The position numbers were made by a program, and so were the translations under genes. 64,000 bases of DNA from Escherichia phage FriedrichZschokke: sequence record MZ501067; one strand, given 5' to 3'. Under the pieces are notes generated by a model. The model saw nothing but the letters and a program-made list of their open reading frames with translations, made no database searches and was not told the DNA's origin. Positions 10,257 to 19,744 of this stretch are shown one piece after another (the stretch's first letter is position 1; every line of letters begins with the position of its first letter).

Positions 10257-10473
10257 TGTAAACTGATTTTTTCAACTTTCTTACTTCACCACGTAATTGG
10301 CGATTTAGCTCATCTTTAACTTCTGAATCAATACCTTTCATTCTACGCCATTTATCTGAGCGAAAAATGTTTTCAACCATATCTTTATGACTTACCCCAT
10401 CAGGAGCTTTACGCTTTCCGAAATAGTCATAATCACGAACTTTCAAGTCTTTACGACGATACGTTTTACCCAT
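10180..10473 (-). CDS. Hypothetical basic protein
   Basis: ORF 10180..10512 trimmed to ATG at 10473, which has an AAGGAAA Shine-Dalgarno upstream; product begins MGKTYRRKDLKVRDYDYFGKRK. Confidence 0.45.
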   Translation of the reverse strand: MGKTYRRKDLKVRDYDYFGKRKAPDGVSHKDMVENIFRSDKWRRMKGIDSEVKDELNRQLRGEVRKLKKSVYIDDDFDYNTSQRVAKRKSNECYRYS

Positions 10474-10648
10474 GGAGTTTAATTTCCTTAGCAACTGAAC
10501 TAAATGCAGCACGATCGCAAATCATGCGTTTATGTAACTTGAGTATAATATAGCAAACTTCAAAACTATTTACATGAGTAACACGAACAGCATTACCATT
10601 AATGAGATAATACTGTCCCTTTTTAATTTCTTTATCAACCATAACCAT
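10466..10648 (-). CDS. Hypothetical protein
   Basis: 60 aa ORF with GAGG Shine-Dalgarno, downstream of a predicted early promoter. Confidence 0.45.
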   Translation of the reverse strand: MVMVDKEIKKGQYYLINGNAVRVTHVNSFEVCYIILKLHKRMICDRAAFSSVAKEIKLHG

Positions 10649-10677
10649 ATCAATTCCTCAAAGGTAATTCATATGTT

Positions 10678-10706
10678 AATAATACCACGGTTTGAACTTG
10701 TTGTAA
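10678..10706 (-). promoter_or_regulatory. T4-type early promoter (-35 TTTACA, 17-nt spacer, -10 TATATT)
   Basis: Minus strand GTTTACA-N17-TATATT upstream of ORF 10466..10648. Confidence 0.45.
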
Positions 10707-10788
10707 ACAACTTTGTGAAAAATATTTCAGGGAATGATAAGAAAGGAACGATAGCTTAGAATGGTAATATACAGAATGTAAGAAAGAA

Positions 10789-10804
10789 AGGCCCAGAGGG
10801 CCCA
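10789..10804 (-). terminator. Hairpin terminator downstream of the redoxin gene
   Basis: GGCCC-AGA-GGGCC inverted repeat followed on the minus strand by a U-rich tract. Confidence 0.45.
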
Positions 10805-10806
10805 TC

Positions 10807-11130
10807 TTAGTCTTCTATGATATCTCTATCATATCCAAGTGAAATGAGAGTTTCTTTGAAGTGTTTAATGTTCTTTTGTCTGGAATCATTAATGAAAATG
10901 ACTGGATAACGAATGTTAAGAGATGTGAATCCAGCGCGTTTAGCAAGAGATACAATCAGTTGACGATCATACTCAATCTTACCATTATTAGTAAGAACTT
11001 TATAAAAAGTAAAAGGAGCATTGAGCTCCTTTAGAAGTTTTGTAACTGATTGACATCCAGGACAACGACCTACTTCATCTGGAATTCCATAGACTTCAAT
11101 CTTATTCTTTAAGTTCGAGTTTTGTTCCAC
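10807..11130 (-). CDS. Glutaredoxin/thioredoxin-fold redoxin (NrdH-like), probable GTG start
   Basis: CPGC redox motif in KIEVYGIPDEVGRCPGCQSV; the N-terminal 43 codons of ORF 10807..11259 look non-coding and overlap ORF 11102..11413. Confidence 0.55.
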   Translation of the reverse strand: MEQNSNLKNKIEVYGIPDEVGRCPGCQSVTKLLKELNAPFTFYKVLTNNGKIEYDRQLIVSLAKRAGFTSLNIRYPVIFINDSRQKNIKHFKETLISLGYDRDIIED

Positions 11131-11413
11131 GAGAAATAATTCCTTGGTAAGCCCAATAAGGAGGATTAACAGAATCCTCACCAGAGTTTTCTTCAGGAAA
11201 ATAAACCTGGATAACGAAGCCGGATTCATCAAAGGTAAAATAAACCGTAGGCAGTTCACCTAACAAATCGGCACGAGCGTTGATTTCTTCGAGGTCTTGT
11301 TCACGTCCAGCCCAGAAGATTGGGTTCAGACTACATTCATAGAAATAATAGTCATTACCGAACATATCAAAACCATTCCAACTCTCTACTACATACCGCT
11401 CAAAACTAATCAT
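11102..11413 (-). CDS. Hypothetical protein
   Basis: 103 aa ORF with balanced composition. Confidence 0.5.
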   Translation of the reverse strand: MISFERYVVESWNGFDMFGNDYYFYECSLNPIFWAGREQDLEEINARADLLGELPTVYFTFDESGFVIQVYFPEENSGEDSVNPPYWAYQGIISRGTKLELKE

Positions 11414-11415
11414 AA

Positions 11416-11631
11416 TTAATCCTTTTTATCAAGAACCGCATTCAGCTTGTTAGTAATTTTATCCAGACGCTCATTGAACTCACTAGAAGATAAGCCCTTT
11501 TCTGGAGAAATTAAACTAATCACGAAAAATACAACAATAAAAGGAATAAGAAAAATAGCTCCAACTGCCATAAACAGAAAGAACGTTACAGTTGTAAGAA
11601 AATCAGCTAAACCTTTACGAAATTTATACAT
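11416..11631 (-). CDS. Small membrane protein (one predicted transmembrane helix)
   Basis: 71 aa ORF with hydrophobic stretch TVTFFLFMAVGAIFLIPFIVVFFVISLI. Confidence 0.5.
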   Translation of the reverse strand: MYKFRKGLADFLTTVTFFLFMAVGAIFLIPFIVVFFVISLISPEKGLSSSEFNERLDKITNKLNAVLDKKD

Positions 11632-11746
11632 ATTTTACCCTTAATTGATTAACCAAGCATTGATAAGCACTAAACTATATTGCGAATAAAATTCTGGACC
11701 AAAATGAAAAATCATATCATTTATAGTATCCATAATGTAATTCAAT

Positions 11747-12217
11747 TTAATCATGTGTCCACACCCCATCGGTATTTGACCAAAGTCGCTGATTATCTGA
11801 TCCTCGCCACAGCTTTTTAGTCGGAAGATTTTTCTCATACTTCCCATCAATAATAACATCAACATATTTAAGCATTTCTAGTTGTTTAATATCTTCAAAC
11901 TTATATCCTGTCCACAACCAAATGCTTTTATTGGGATAAAGATTTTTTACTGTTTGAACCACAGAGTGAATCACGTCTCTGTTATCAGGATAAAGAGGGT
12001 CACCTCCGGTTATAGTTAATCCTTCTATATAATCATTATTCAAACATTCAATTAATTGTTCTAGTGTTTCACCAGTGAATGGAATACCATTTCTAGCATT
12101 CCATGTTGATTTATTATAACACCCTTCGCATTTATGCAAACAACCTGTAACGAAAAGAACGACCCTGCATCCAGGGCCATTCACAAAATCGCAAGGATAA
12201 AATCTATCATAATTCAT
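11747..12217 (-). CDS. nrdG: Anaerobic ribonucleotide reductase activating protein NrdG (radical SAM)
   Basis: 156 aa ORF with CxxxCxxC cluster motif (CLHKCEGC); stop overlaps the nrdD start. Confidence 0.9.
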   Translation of the reverse strand: MNYDRFYPCDFVNGPGCRVVLFVTGCLHKCEGCYNKSTWNARNGIPFTGETLEQLIECLNNDYIEGLTITGGDPLYPDNRDVIHSVVQTVKNLYPNKSIWLWTGYKFEDIKQLEMLKYVDVIIDGKYEKNLPTKKLWRGSDNQRLWSNTDGVWTHD

Positions 12218-14031
12218 TGGTGTTTAACCCTATGCATGATTTCTTTATTTTTGCCGAGATTAAATCCGCGTTCGTTCGGATTTCCCAAATAACCACATGT
12301 TCTTCTTATTGTGTTCATCTTTTTAGGATCAGTTTCTCCACAAATAGAACAAACAAATCCATTTTCAGTAGGAGTCATTTCATGGGTACTTCCACATGTA
12401 AAACATTTATCTACTGGCATATTAACACCAAAATAATCTAAATGTTGTGCAGCATAATCCCATACAGCCTCAAGACCTTTTAAGTTATTTTTCATATCAG
12501 GAAGTTCAACATAAGAAATGTGACCACCTGTCGCAATGAAATGATATGGCGCTTCACGAGAAATCTTTTCAAACTGAGTAATATTTTCTTCTACTGAAAC
12601 GTGGAAACTGTTAGTGTACCAGCCTTTATCGGTAACATCTTTTACACTTCCATATTTTTCTGTATCAAGTTTACAGAAGCGATAACAAAGGTTTTCAGCA
12701 GGAGTAGAATACAAACTAAAAGCAAACCCAGTTCTTTCAGTCCACTGTTTAAGACGAGCATTCATTTTAGTTAAAATTTCTCGTCCAATATCACGACCGA
12801 CAAGAATATTCAATTCGTGAATACCAATGTATCCTAAGGACACTGAACTTCTACCATTTTTAAATAACTCAATTATATCGTCATCAGGTTTAAGACGAAC
12901 CCCGAATGCACCTTCTTGGTAAAGAATAGGAGCAACAGTCGCTTTAACTCCTTTTAAGGAACTAATTCTACACATCAATGCTTCAAAACATAAATCCATT
13001 CGTTCATTGAACAATTCAACAAATTTCTGCTCATTGAATTGAGTTCCAATATAAGAATCTAATGCGATACGAGGAAGATTCAGTGTTACAACACCGAGAT
13101 TATTACGTCCATCAAGAATTTCATTACCGGTTGAATCTTTCCACACACTCAAGAAACTACGACAACCCATTGGAGAAACAGGAATAGATGAGCCGGTGAT
13201 AGCTTTATTGTTCTTAGCCGAAATGATGTCAGGATACATTCTTTTGCTTGCGCACTCTAAAGCAAGCTGCTTAATATCATAGTTCGGGTCGTCTTTATAA
13301 AGATTAATACCTTCTTCAACGAACATAACAAGTTTAGGGAAAATAGGAGTTATCCCATCACGACCAAGACCTTTAATACGATTTTTCAGAATTGCTTTCT
13401 GAATCATTCGTTCAGTCCAGTCAGTTCCCGTACCAAATGTAATTGTTACAAAGGGTGTTTGTCCGTTTGAACTAAAGAGAGTATTTACTTCATATTCATA
13501 AGCTTGGAATGCATCGTATACATCTTTTTCTGTTTTAGATTGAGCATAATTCAATGCATCAGCGATTTGCCATTTTTCTGCATCCTCAATATGTTTTGCA
13601 TAGGTGCGTTTAACATAAGGAGAAAGTACTTTATCTACATTAGCAAAAGTCGTTCCGCCGTATTGGTGGGAAGCAACCTGTGCAGTAATTTGTGCCATAA
13701 TTGCAGTAGCAACGCCAATTGATTTAGGAGTTTCAATCTGCGCATTACCTAGCTTAAATCCGTTCTCAAGCATTCCTTTTAAATCTACTAAACAACAATT
13801 AGTAAATGGAAGAGCAGGGGAATAATCAATATCGTGGAAATGAATAATTCCGCTTTCATGCGCTTTCATAATAAAAGACGGGACCATATTTTTGGCAATG
13901 TGTTTAGACACAATACCAGCCATAAGGTCCCGTTGAGTTGGAAAAACACGAGAATCTTTATTGGCATTCTCGTTTAAAAGGTCTTTATTAGTTTTATGAA
14001 TCAATCCTTCAATTTCTTTTTCAATTGTCAT
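12214..14031 (-). CDS. nrdD: Anaerobic ribonucleotide reductase NrdD, uninterrupted
   Basis: Continuous 605 aa ORF with C-terminal glycyl radical motif RTCGYLG and Cys-rich zinc site. Confidence 0.93.
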   Translation of the reverse strand: MTIEKEIEGLIHKTNKDLLNENANKDSRVFPTQRDLMAGIVSKHIAKNMVPSFIMKAHESGIIHFHDIDYSPALPFTNCCLVDLKGMLENGFKLGNAQIETPKSIGVATAIMAQITAQVASHQYGGTTFANVDKVLSPYVKRTYAKHIEDAEKWQIADALNYAQSKTEKDVYDAFQAYEYEVNTLFSSNGQTPFVTITFGTGTDWTERMIQKAILKNRIKGLGRDGITPIFPKLVMFVEEGINLYKDDPNYDIKQLALECASKRMYPDIISAKNNKAITGSSIPVSPMGCRSFLSVWKDSTGNEILDGRNNLGVVTLNLPRIALDSYIGTQFNEQKFVELFNERMDLCFEALMCRISSLKGVKATVAPILYQEGAFGVRLKPDDDIIELFKNGRSSVSLGYIGIHELNILVGRDIGREILTKMNARLKQWTERTGFAFSLYSTPAENLCYRFCKLDTEKYGSVKDVTDKGWYTNSFHVSVEENITQFEKISREAPYHFIATGGHISYVELPDMKNNLKGLEAVWDYAAQHLDYFGVNMPVDKCFTCGSTHEMTPTENGFVCSICGETDPKKMNTIRRTCGYLGNPNERGFNLGKNKEIMHRVKHQ

Positions 14032-14501
14032 TTTAAACTCTTTCTAAGCTGCTTCTTAAATGAAGCTATTAACTGTGTTTTGGTGTCAGATTCATTATAT
14101 TCAAATCCTCTTTGAAGCATCTCGGCCATCATTTCCTCTTTTCCTAAACGAGAAAATTCCTTTGATTTATCTCCAACAAAGTTAGGGTGAATATTATTTT
14201 GGGTGTAATCGGATTTTAAATAAGTAAGTAAATTTTCTAACCATTCAAGATAATCAACACCTTGTCCCTTTAAGCCAGAACGATTAAATTTATGCTTCAT
14301 TTGACCTTCTGCGGCATTGCAGAGATTACAAAGCAATCCACGTACCTTTCCTGCTTTTGGTCCATTTAATTCATGGTCATGGTCGAGGTGATTAGCTTGA
14401 ACGTCAGGATTTAGTTCTCGTTGGCAAATTAAGCATTTACCATTTTGTGCATCATAAAATTTCTGTTTTTCTTCTTTATATAATTTGCCAGTCAATAACA
14501 T
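14028..14501 (-). CDS. 49: Endonuclease VII (Holliday junction resolvase) gp49
   Basis: 157 aa ORF MLLTGKLYKEEKQKFYDAQNGKCLICQRELNPDVQANHLDHDHE... matches T4 endo VII. Confidence 0.93.
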   Translation of the reverse strand: MLLTGKLYKEEKQKFYDAQNGKCLICQRELNPDVQANHLDHDHELNGPKAGKVRGLLCNLCNAAEGQMKHKFNRSGLKGQGVDYLEWLENLLTYLKSDYTQNNIHPNFVGDKSKEFSRLGKEEMMAEMLQRGFEYNESDTKTQLIASFKKQLRKSLK

Positions 14502-14543
14502 AATAAAACCCTTACCTTAAATAGATAAGGGTATTTATTATTT

Positions 14544-15029
14544 TCAAGTATTGTAAAACATTTGATGCAATCGCTTATATTGCCGAATCTTTTGGTCAGA
14601 AAAAGAAATTTGAGTTTCAAGCCATTCAATGTATTCTGCGGCAGCTTGCATCAGGTTACCTTCATAGCCATCGTTATTTTCTTGCGCAGCTAATTTAGCT
14701 AATGCGTATGAAATACGTTCACCTTGAAAATCGGCTTTAGGCTTCTGAACAACTTGATTAGTTCGCTCTACAACTTCTTCAATTTCGCCATTTTCAACGG
14801 ATTCAGTATTCCATAAGCACCAATACGTAATTGGCTTATCGTAGATGTTAATAATCTTTCCATCAGAAAGTTCAATTTCAATAATTCCAGTATCAGGCTC
14901 TATATCATCTTCACATTCTTTTGCAAGTTCACGAACTTTAAAGACAGTACCTGCGCTAAGTTCCGGCCAGTAATTACACAGCCCTGTATCAGCACGATTA
15001 ATTCTAAACCACTTATCTACTGTAATCAT
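14544..15029 (-). CDS. pin: Pin (inhibitor of host Lon protease)
   Basis: Synteny after gene 49; 161 aa from the internal ATG (MITVDKW); the ORF-track first codon is TTG. Confidence 0.7.
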   Translation of the reverse strand: MITVDKWFRINRADTGLCNYWPELSAGTVFKVRELAKECEDDIEPDTGIIEIELSDGKIINIYDKPITYWCLWNTESVENGEIEEVVERTNQVVQKPKADFQGERISYALAKLAAQENNDGYEGNLMQAAAEYIEWLETQISFSDQKIRQYKRLHQMFYNT

Positions 15030-15152
15030 GTCCCATCTCCATATCAATTAAGTCATTTATCGTTGGTTCATTATATACTGTTTCTTCATCAGTGTAAACC
15101 GGTTCTTCCGGCTCTGGCTCTACAGTTTCCCATCTAGCCGCCCACCAAGGTT

Positions 15153-15473
15153 TTATAGCGTAATCCATTCTCGTACTATCTGAGTTACTACACGTTCACG
15201 GGGCTCGACTAGTTCAACAGTCGGAACTGCATAATACCAGTCAGAATGGTAAGAACCCGAACGGCATTCATTTACGGAAACATGTACGTTATGTTTTGGA
15301 CTAAAATAAACACACTGACGATATTGACATTTACCATCTTGCACCCAGTCTTCTATTTCGACAGGTTTAAGATAATCGGAAAAATCGAAATCATAGTTTT
15401 CCGAAAATGCATCATGGTCTTCAATGATTTCGCTCAGAACTGCATCAACATCTAATTTATTTTCAATAGTCAT
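15153..15473 (-). CDS. Hypothetical protein (T4 49.1 position)
   Basis: 106 aa ORF. Confidence 0.5.
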   Translation of the reverse strand: MTIENKLDVDAVLSEIIEDHDAFSENYDFDFSDYLKPVEIEDWVQDGKCQYRQCVYFSPKHNVHVSVNECRSGSYHSDWYYAVPTVELVEPRERVVTQIVREWITL

Positions 15474-15483
15474 TTTTCACCAA

Positions 15484-15693
15484 TTAATTTCGCAATTTAT
15501 TAAGTTCTTCATAATCAATCCAGGATTCTAATCCTGATGGCAAATCAGATTCAATTTCCCAAAGAAGTTCTTCAATTTTATGAAGACGATCTAGTTCTTC
15601 AGCAGGAATAGTAACCATTGACGGAGCTCTTGCTACATTAATATCGTAAATCATATTTACCCCAGTTTGACCATACAATCGCCGTATTTCCAC
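15484..15693 (-). CDS. Hypothetical protein (T4 49.2 position)
   Basis: 69 aa ORF. Confidence 0.45.
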   Translation of the reverse strand: MEIRRLYGQTGVNMIYDINVARAPSMVTIPAEELDRLHKIEELLWEIESDLPSGLESWIDYEELNKLRN

Positions 15694-15872
15694 TTAGAAA
15701 TAGACTTTTCACCGTTAGAATAATAAACTTCAAGTTTAGCACGATTATTTTTAATTTGAATAACCTTTGCTGTCATCAAAGTTCCATACCCATAATAAAC
15801 TGCAACTTCATCACCTACATATACCGCGCTTCCGCGGTAATCGTGAATATAGTCAGTTCCTTCGAGCATCAT
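15657..15872 (-). CDS. Hypothetical protein (T4 49.3 position)
   Basis: 71 aa ORF; stop overlaps nrdC. Confidence 0.45.
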   Translation of the reverse strand: MMLEGTDYIHDYRGSAVYVGDEVAVYYGYGTLMTAKVIQIKNNRAKLEVYYSNGEKSISKWKYGDCMVKLG

Positions 15873-16132
15873 TTAAAATATTCTCGCAGTTGGTCAAATC
15901 CACCAATATGACTTCCATCAGGAGCAAATACCTGGGGCATTGTCAAGCCGATTTGAGTATCACGACCTAGTTTAGTCAGAAGCTCAGCAATTTTCTCATC
16001 ATCAAAAACACCTTTTTCCGGCATAATGTTGATAAATTCAAACGGCTGTTTCTTCACGGTCAAAAGACGTTTTGCATTATCGCAATACACACATTTATGA
16101 ATGTTGCTATCATAACCATATACTTTAAACAT
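15869..16132 (-). CDS. nrdC: Glutaredoxin/thioredoxin NrdC
   Basis: 87 aa ORF MFKVYGYDSNIHKCVYCDNAKRLL... with CVYC redox motif; matches T4 NrdC. Confidence 0.9.
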   Translation of the reverse strand: MFKVYGYDSNIHKCVYCDNAKRLLTVKKQPFEFINIMPEKGVFDDEKIAELLTKLGRDTQIGLTMPQVFAPDGSHIGGFDQLREYFK

Positions 16133-16133
16133 A

Positions 16134-16376
16134 TTATTCCTTAATTCCTAGTACTTGTTTAAAAGTCTCGTCGTAATCAAGACTTTGGCCCGTTTGTTCT
16201 TTATGTTTGTATATAATATCACTTACTTCTGATAGCATATTTTTATATGAACGAGTTAAAGCAGATTTAAGCACGCTGTATCTATCAGGAAATTTACCAT
16301 GTTCATTATAATAAGCTATTGCTAATTCACGGACTGCCTTTTCAGCAGCCTCCATATATTCTTTACGCTTGGTCAT
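16134..16376 (-). CDS. Hypothetical protein (nrdC.1 position)
   Basis: ORF 16134..16517 trimmed to the internal ATG ([13 protein letters not shown]) so that it overlaps the upstream gene by only 14 nt. Confidence 0.45.
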   Translation of the reverse strand: MTKRKEYMEAAEKAVRELAIAYYNEHGKFPDRYSVLKSALTRSYKNMLSEVSDIIYKHKEQTGQSLDYDETFKQVLGIKE

Positions 16377-16680
16377 TTTCTTCTCGGTCAAATCGGTGTT
16401 TACAATGGCGACATTTATAACGAAGATTACTAGTCTGCCAATGGACCAATTGCACCTGTTCAGTACCGCATTCAGGGCAATTAGGAACGTTTTTAGAAGC
16501 TCTTTCACGTCGTTCAACCATAGCCATAATAGCGTCCCAGGCCGGCGGTTTAAAATCTAAATCGTCGCAGCCGTGAATCTTTCCACGCATTTCCATATCA
16601 TCTTCCTCACCAGCCATAATAATTTTAATTAAACTGGAATTACTTGAAGCTGCAATGTCTTCTAATAAACGCTTTTTCAT
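16363..16680 (-). CDS. Zinc-ribbon protein (nrdC.2 position)
   Basis: 105 aa ORF with CPECG...CRHCKH four-Cys motif. Confidence 0.5.
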   Translation of the reverse strand: MKKRLLEDIAASSNSSLIKIIMAGEEDDMEMRGKIHGCDDLDFKPPAWDAIMAMVERRERASKNVPNCPECGTEQVQLVHWQTSNLRYKCRHCKHRFDREENDQA

Positions 16681-17606
16681 TTCAATACCTCAATAGCATT
16701 ACGTAAACCATTTGCTTTTGCATTAAGAGCTTTTAACAATTTGGTGTGTTCTGCAATTTGGGCTTCAACTTCAATCAAACGGGCATTGAGATATTCACGT
16801 TCTTCACTCAGATTATCAACCTTTTCTACTTTAGGCTCTTTTACAACTGTCTTATATGTATTAGGGTTCTTCAGTTTAATTAGAATGCGTGAACTGTATA
16901 ACATTGAACCATTATCTTCGGTTTCGTCATACATTTCCACTACGTCCATAATTTTTAACATCATGCGGAGTTTATAAGACAACGAACGAATAGTTTTGTT
17001 GTGCTTATTAATTTCTTTAGCTGTCATGGTGCCAAGATTACGTGAGTAATAATAAGGAACCTGGATATTAATTAATACTGATGAACCACCTGGCTTGTGT
17101 GTTACTTCATCAGCAATAACCCAGTCCTTAACATGAACTGTATTTGTACGGTCATCGCCCGCGGTAAATAGTTTGCGAGCATGCTTAAAAAGCATATTCA
17201 CTTGGTCATTGAATTGACAAGCAAATTTATCAGCAAATTTAGTTTCAGGAATGGTAGAAAACCAATCAGCCAAATGAGTCTTTTTAACATCATTAACAAT
17301 AGTAAATTCAACAAAATCGGTTATAGATGTCTCAGATTTAATGAAGCTCGGCTTCATAAAGTTTTTAATGTTCTCATGAGCTACAGTAGAAGATAACATA
17401 CGAGAACGTTTAAACCATTCAAGCAAATTGCCTAACGAATGAGAATAAGCGTTTTGAGTATCTTTACAGATATGATTTTCCCGACCAACATATTGAAGGA
17501 AATCACGAAGAATATTATTGATTACTGCTCTGTGCCCGATCTGATAATTACGGTGTTTAGTAATAAGACTGTCAAAATAATCAATATAATGTTTACGAGT
17601 TTTCAT
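16677..17606 (-). CDS. Hypothetical protein with C-terminal coiled coil (paralogous family member 1)
   Basis: 309 aa ORF; C-terminal heptad-rich segment. Confidence 0.6.
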   Translation of the reverse strand: MKTRKHYIDYFDSLITKHRNYQIGHRAVINNILRDFLQYVGRENHICKDTQNAYSHSLGNLLEWFKRSRMLSSTVAHENIKNFMKPSFIKSETSITDFVEFTIVNDVKKTHLADWFSTIPETKFADKFACQFNDQVNMLFKHARKLFTAGDDRTNTVHVKDWVIADEVTHKPGGSSVLINIQVPYYYSRNLGTMTAKEINKHNKTIRSLSYKLRMMLKIMDVVEMYDETEDNGSMLYSSRILIKLKNPNTYKTVVKEPKVEKVDNLSEEREYLNARLIEVEAQIAEHTKLLKALNAKANGLRNAIEVLK

Positions 17607-17660
17607 GTTCTTCTCACTTGGTTAATGATTTATACTCCGAGCCATCCTTGGCTTTAAATT

Positions 17661-18689
17661 TTACTTAATTAACTGTAAAGCCTGTTCTAAACGATCAAGA
17701 CGATTAACAGATTCTTCCCAAATCCTTTTAGCCTGCTCATATTCTTTCTGCGCTTTATTAGAAATTTCTAGAACTTCTTTATAAGCTTTTTCTAATGCAA
17801 TAACTTCTGGACGAATTTCTACCGGTTCAGGTGAATCATCAAGATTATTCATTAGTTCCTCAAGGGTAGTTTCTTCTTTAGGAGTATTCACAATTTCCTC
17901 ACATTTTTGTTGATAAATTTCTTTATCAGTAGGTGAATAAGCACATTTCACTTCACGAAGACTAATTACAATTTTATATCCTTCCCATCCGCATATATTC
18001 TTAAAAGGATATGTATGAATATTTTCTACCGTTTCCATACAAAGTAATGCAGTCTCTAACTGACGAGTTATAGTGCTAGCAATTGAGAAAAATTTATTAA
18101 TATTCTTTTGGTTAGCGTTTGGTGTAAAAAATCCATAATTCACAAAAATAGCTACTTTATTTTCATCAAGATCATATTCTTTTACGATAATCATATCAGA
18201 AGCCAAAGGATGAATTTGACGATAATCGCCATAACATAATTTAGAAGCTGATTTTAGAATTTGTCCTTTGAAAAGTCTGAAATTACTAATCCAACGGCGA
18301 GTAAAAATATTCTCAGGGTCTTCTTTATTAAGATGATAAGAATTAACATCACCGAACCAATTATATCCTACTACATCTTTGGTTCGTTTAATTTCTTTCC
18401 CAAAATTACCAAGAATATCCCGATTAACCAAATATGAAAGAAGACGAGACTCTTTAAAGGTTTTCTTGATAACATCTTTATCTACACGGCTAGAAATTTT
18501 ACGAATTTCATGAATAAATTTAGCAGAAGAAACAATACTTGCATCAACACTATTGAGCCACTGATTGATAATAGAAAGAACGCTATTTTGACCAAACATC
18601 GGTATAGCTTTATCATCAATAACTCTATTGAATGATTTAATATATTCGTTGCGAGTCATATTAATCTCCTCAGTAGAAAGTAAGAACAT
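17661..18689 (-). CDS. Hypothetical protein with C-terminal coiled coil (family member 2)
   Basis: 342 aa ORF. Confidence 0.6.
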   Translation of the reverse strand: MFLLSTEEINMTRNEYIKSFNRVIDDKAIPMFGQNSVLSIINQWLNSVDASIVSSAKFIHEIRKISSRVDKDVIKKTFKESRLLSYLVNRDILGNFGKEIKRTKDVVGYNWFGDVNSYHLNKEDPENIFTRRWISNFRLFKGQILKSASKLCYGDYRQIHPLASDMIIVKEYDLDENKVAIFVNYGFFTPNANQKNINKFFSIASTITRQLETALLCMETVENIHTYPFKNICGWEGYKIVISLREVKCAYSPTDKEIYQQKCEEIVNTPKEETTLEELMNNLDDSPEPVEIRPEVIALEKAYKEVLEISNKAQKEYEQAKRIWEESVNRLDRLEQALQLIK

Positions 18690-18716
18690 TATACCACATC
18701 CTTGTGGCGAAGTAAA
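18688..18716 (-). promoter_or_regulatory. T4-type early promoter with a hairpin in the spacer
   Basis: Minus strand TTTACT-N17-TATAAT; spacer contains CCACAAGGATGTGG. Confidence 0.45.
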
Positions 18717-19736
18717 CTAGTTTAGTGCATTTAGTGCGTTGTTCAATTTAGAACGTTGCTTCGTGAGATTTTTTACTTTTTCTTGAGCTTTTTCTAGCAT
18801 CTTTTCAGCTTCTAACGCTTCATTAGTTGCTTTAACGAGTTCATCATCTACTGCCTTGATAGACTTCTCAATCGCATCCGCGTGCCATTTTTCAACAGGT
18901 TTAAGACTAGGATTTTCAACAGGAAGAAAATTCACTTTATTAAATTTCCATGCATCTTTATTACCTGAACTATACATCCAAAATTTAGGATCGTTTGATG
19001 AGCAATTAGATAAATTTAAGTTATCTTGTACTTCCTGCTTTTTCTCTTGCGTGACTTCGTCTTTTCTCAAAAAATCATATTTAAATGAAACGATCATATC
19101 AAGTTCATATGTTGTTGTATGTTCCCAATTTCGCTCAAAACGAGGTAAAATCTTAGATTGAACAGCAGCAACAACATCCATATACTTAAATGCTTCTGTC
19201 AGCTGTGATTTAAGACATTCACAAATTGAACGAGAATTTTTAGTATTAGGTTTAAAGCTAATTCGTGCAGTTCTATTATTTTCTTTAGATGGTCTTACTT
19301 CCATTTGAAGAGTATAACCATCAAATTTCAGATTCTTTAAGTTAATATCAGAGCCTTTTAATCGACTAGCAGTAGACAAAATTTGCTTTAATTGTTTACG
19401 AAATAGAGCAATAAATCTCCATTCAATACGATAATGATTTGGATTAAAAAATCCTGTTGATAAATCAACCTTACTCTGACCAACGCCTTGAACAAATAGA
19501 GGATTTTTATAATCAATAGTTTTACAGAAATCGGTGAGCTGCTCACGAGCAGTCATTTGTGTAATATATCCCGCTTTACTAAAATGACGTAACCATTCAC
19601 TGCTATTCATATACTTAAAGTGAATGGAACTATTAACTCTATCAGGGTCTAAATTATTTTGGTACAAAAATGTCATAACATTACGGGTATAGCTGGCATT
19701 ACGAACCATATCTTCAATTTGAGAACGAGTTTTCAT
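18717..19736 (-). CDS. Hypothetical protein with C-terminal coiled coil (family member 3)
   Basis: 339 aa ORF. Confidence 0.6.
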   Translation of the reverse strand: MKTRSQIEDMVRNASYTRNVMTFLYQNNLDPDRVNSSIHFKYMNSSEWLRHFSKAGYITQMTAREQLTDFCKTIDYKNPLFVQGVGQSKVDLSTGFFNPNHYRIEWRFIALFRKQLKQILSTASRLKGSDINLKNLKFDGYTLQMEVRPSKENNRTARISFKPNTKNSRSICECLKSQLTEAFKYMDVVAAVQSKILPRFERNWEHTTTYELDMIVSFKYDFLRKDEVTQEKKQEVQDNLNLSNCSSNDPKFWMYSSGNKDAWKFNKVNFLPVENPSLKPVEKWHADAIEKSIKAVDDELVKATNEALEAEKMLEKAQEKVKNLTKQRSKLNNALNALN

Positions 19737-19744
19737 AGTGTTCC

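Noticed and set aside
11131-11259. N-terminal 43-codon extension of the redoxin ORF (10807..11259)
   Set aside because: Hydrophobic low-complexity extension that overlaps the independently plausible ORF 11102..11413; the redoxin fold begins near KIEVYG, so a GTG start at 11130 is more likely.
11641-11865. Minus-strand ORF of 74 aa overlapping the nrdG 3' end
   Set aside because: Overlaps the conserved nrdG reading frame; no independent support.
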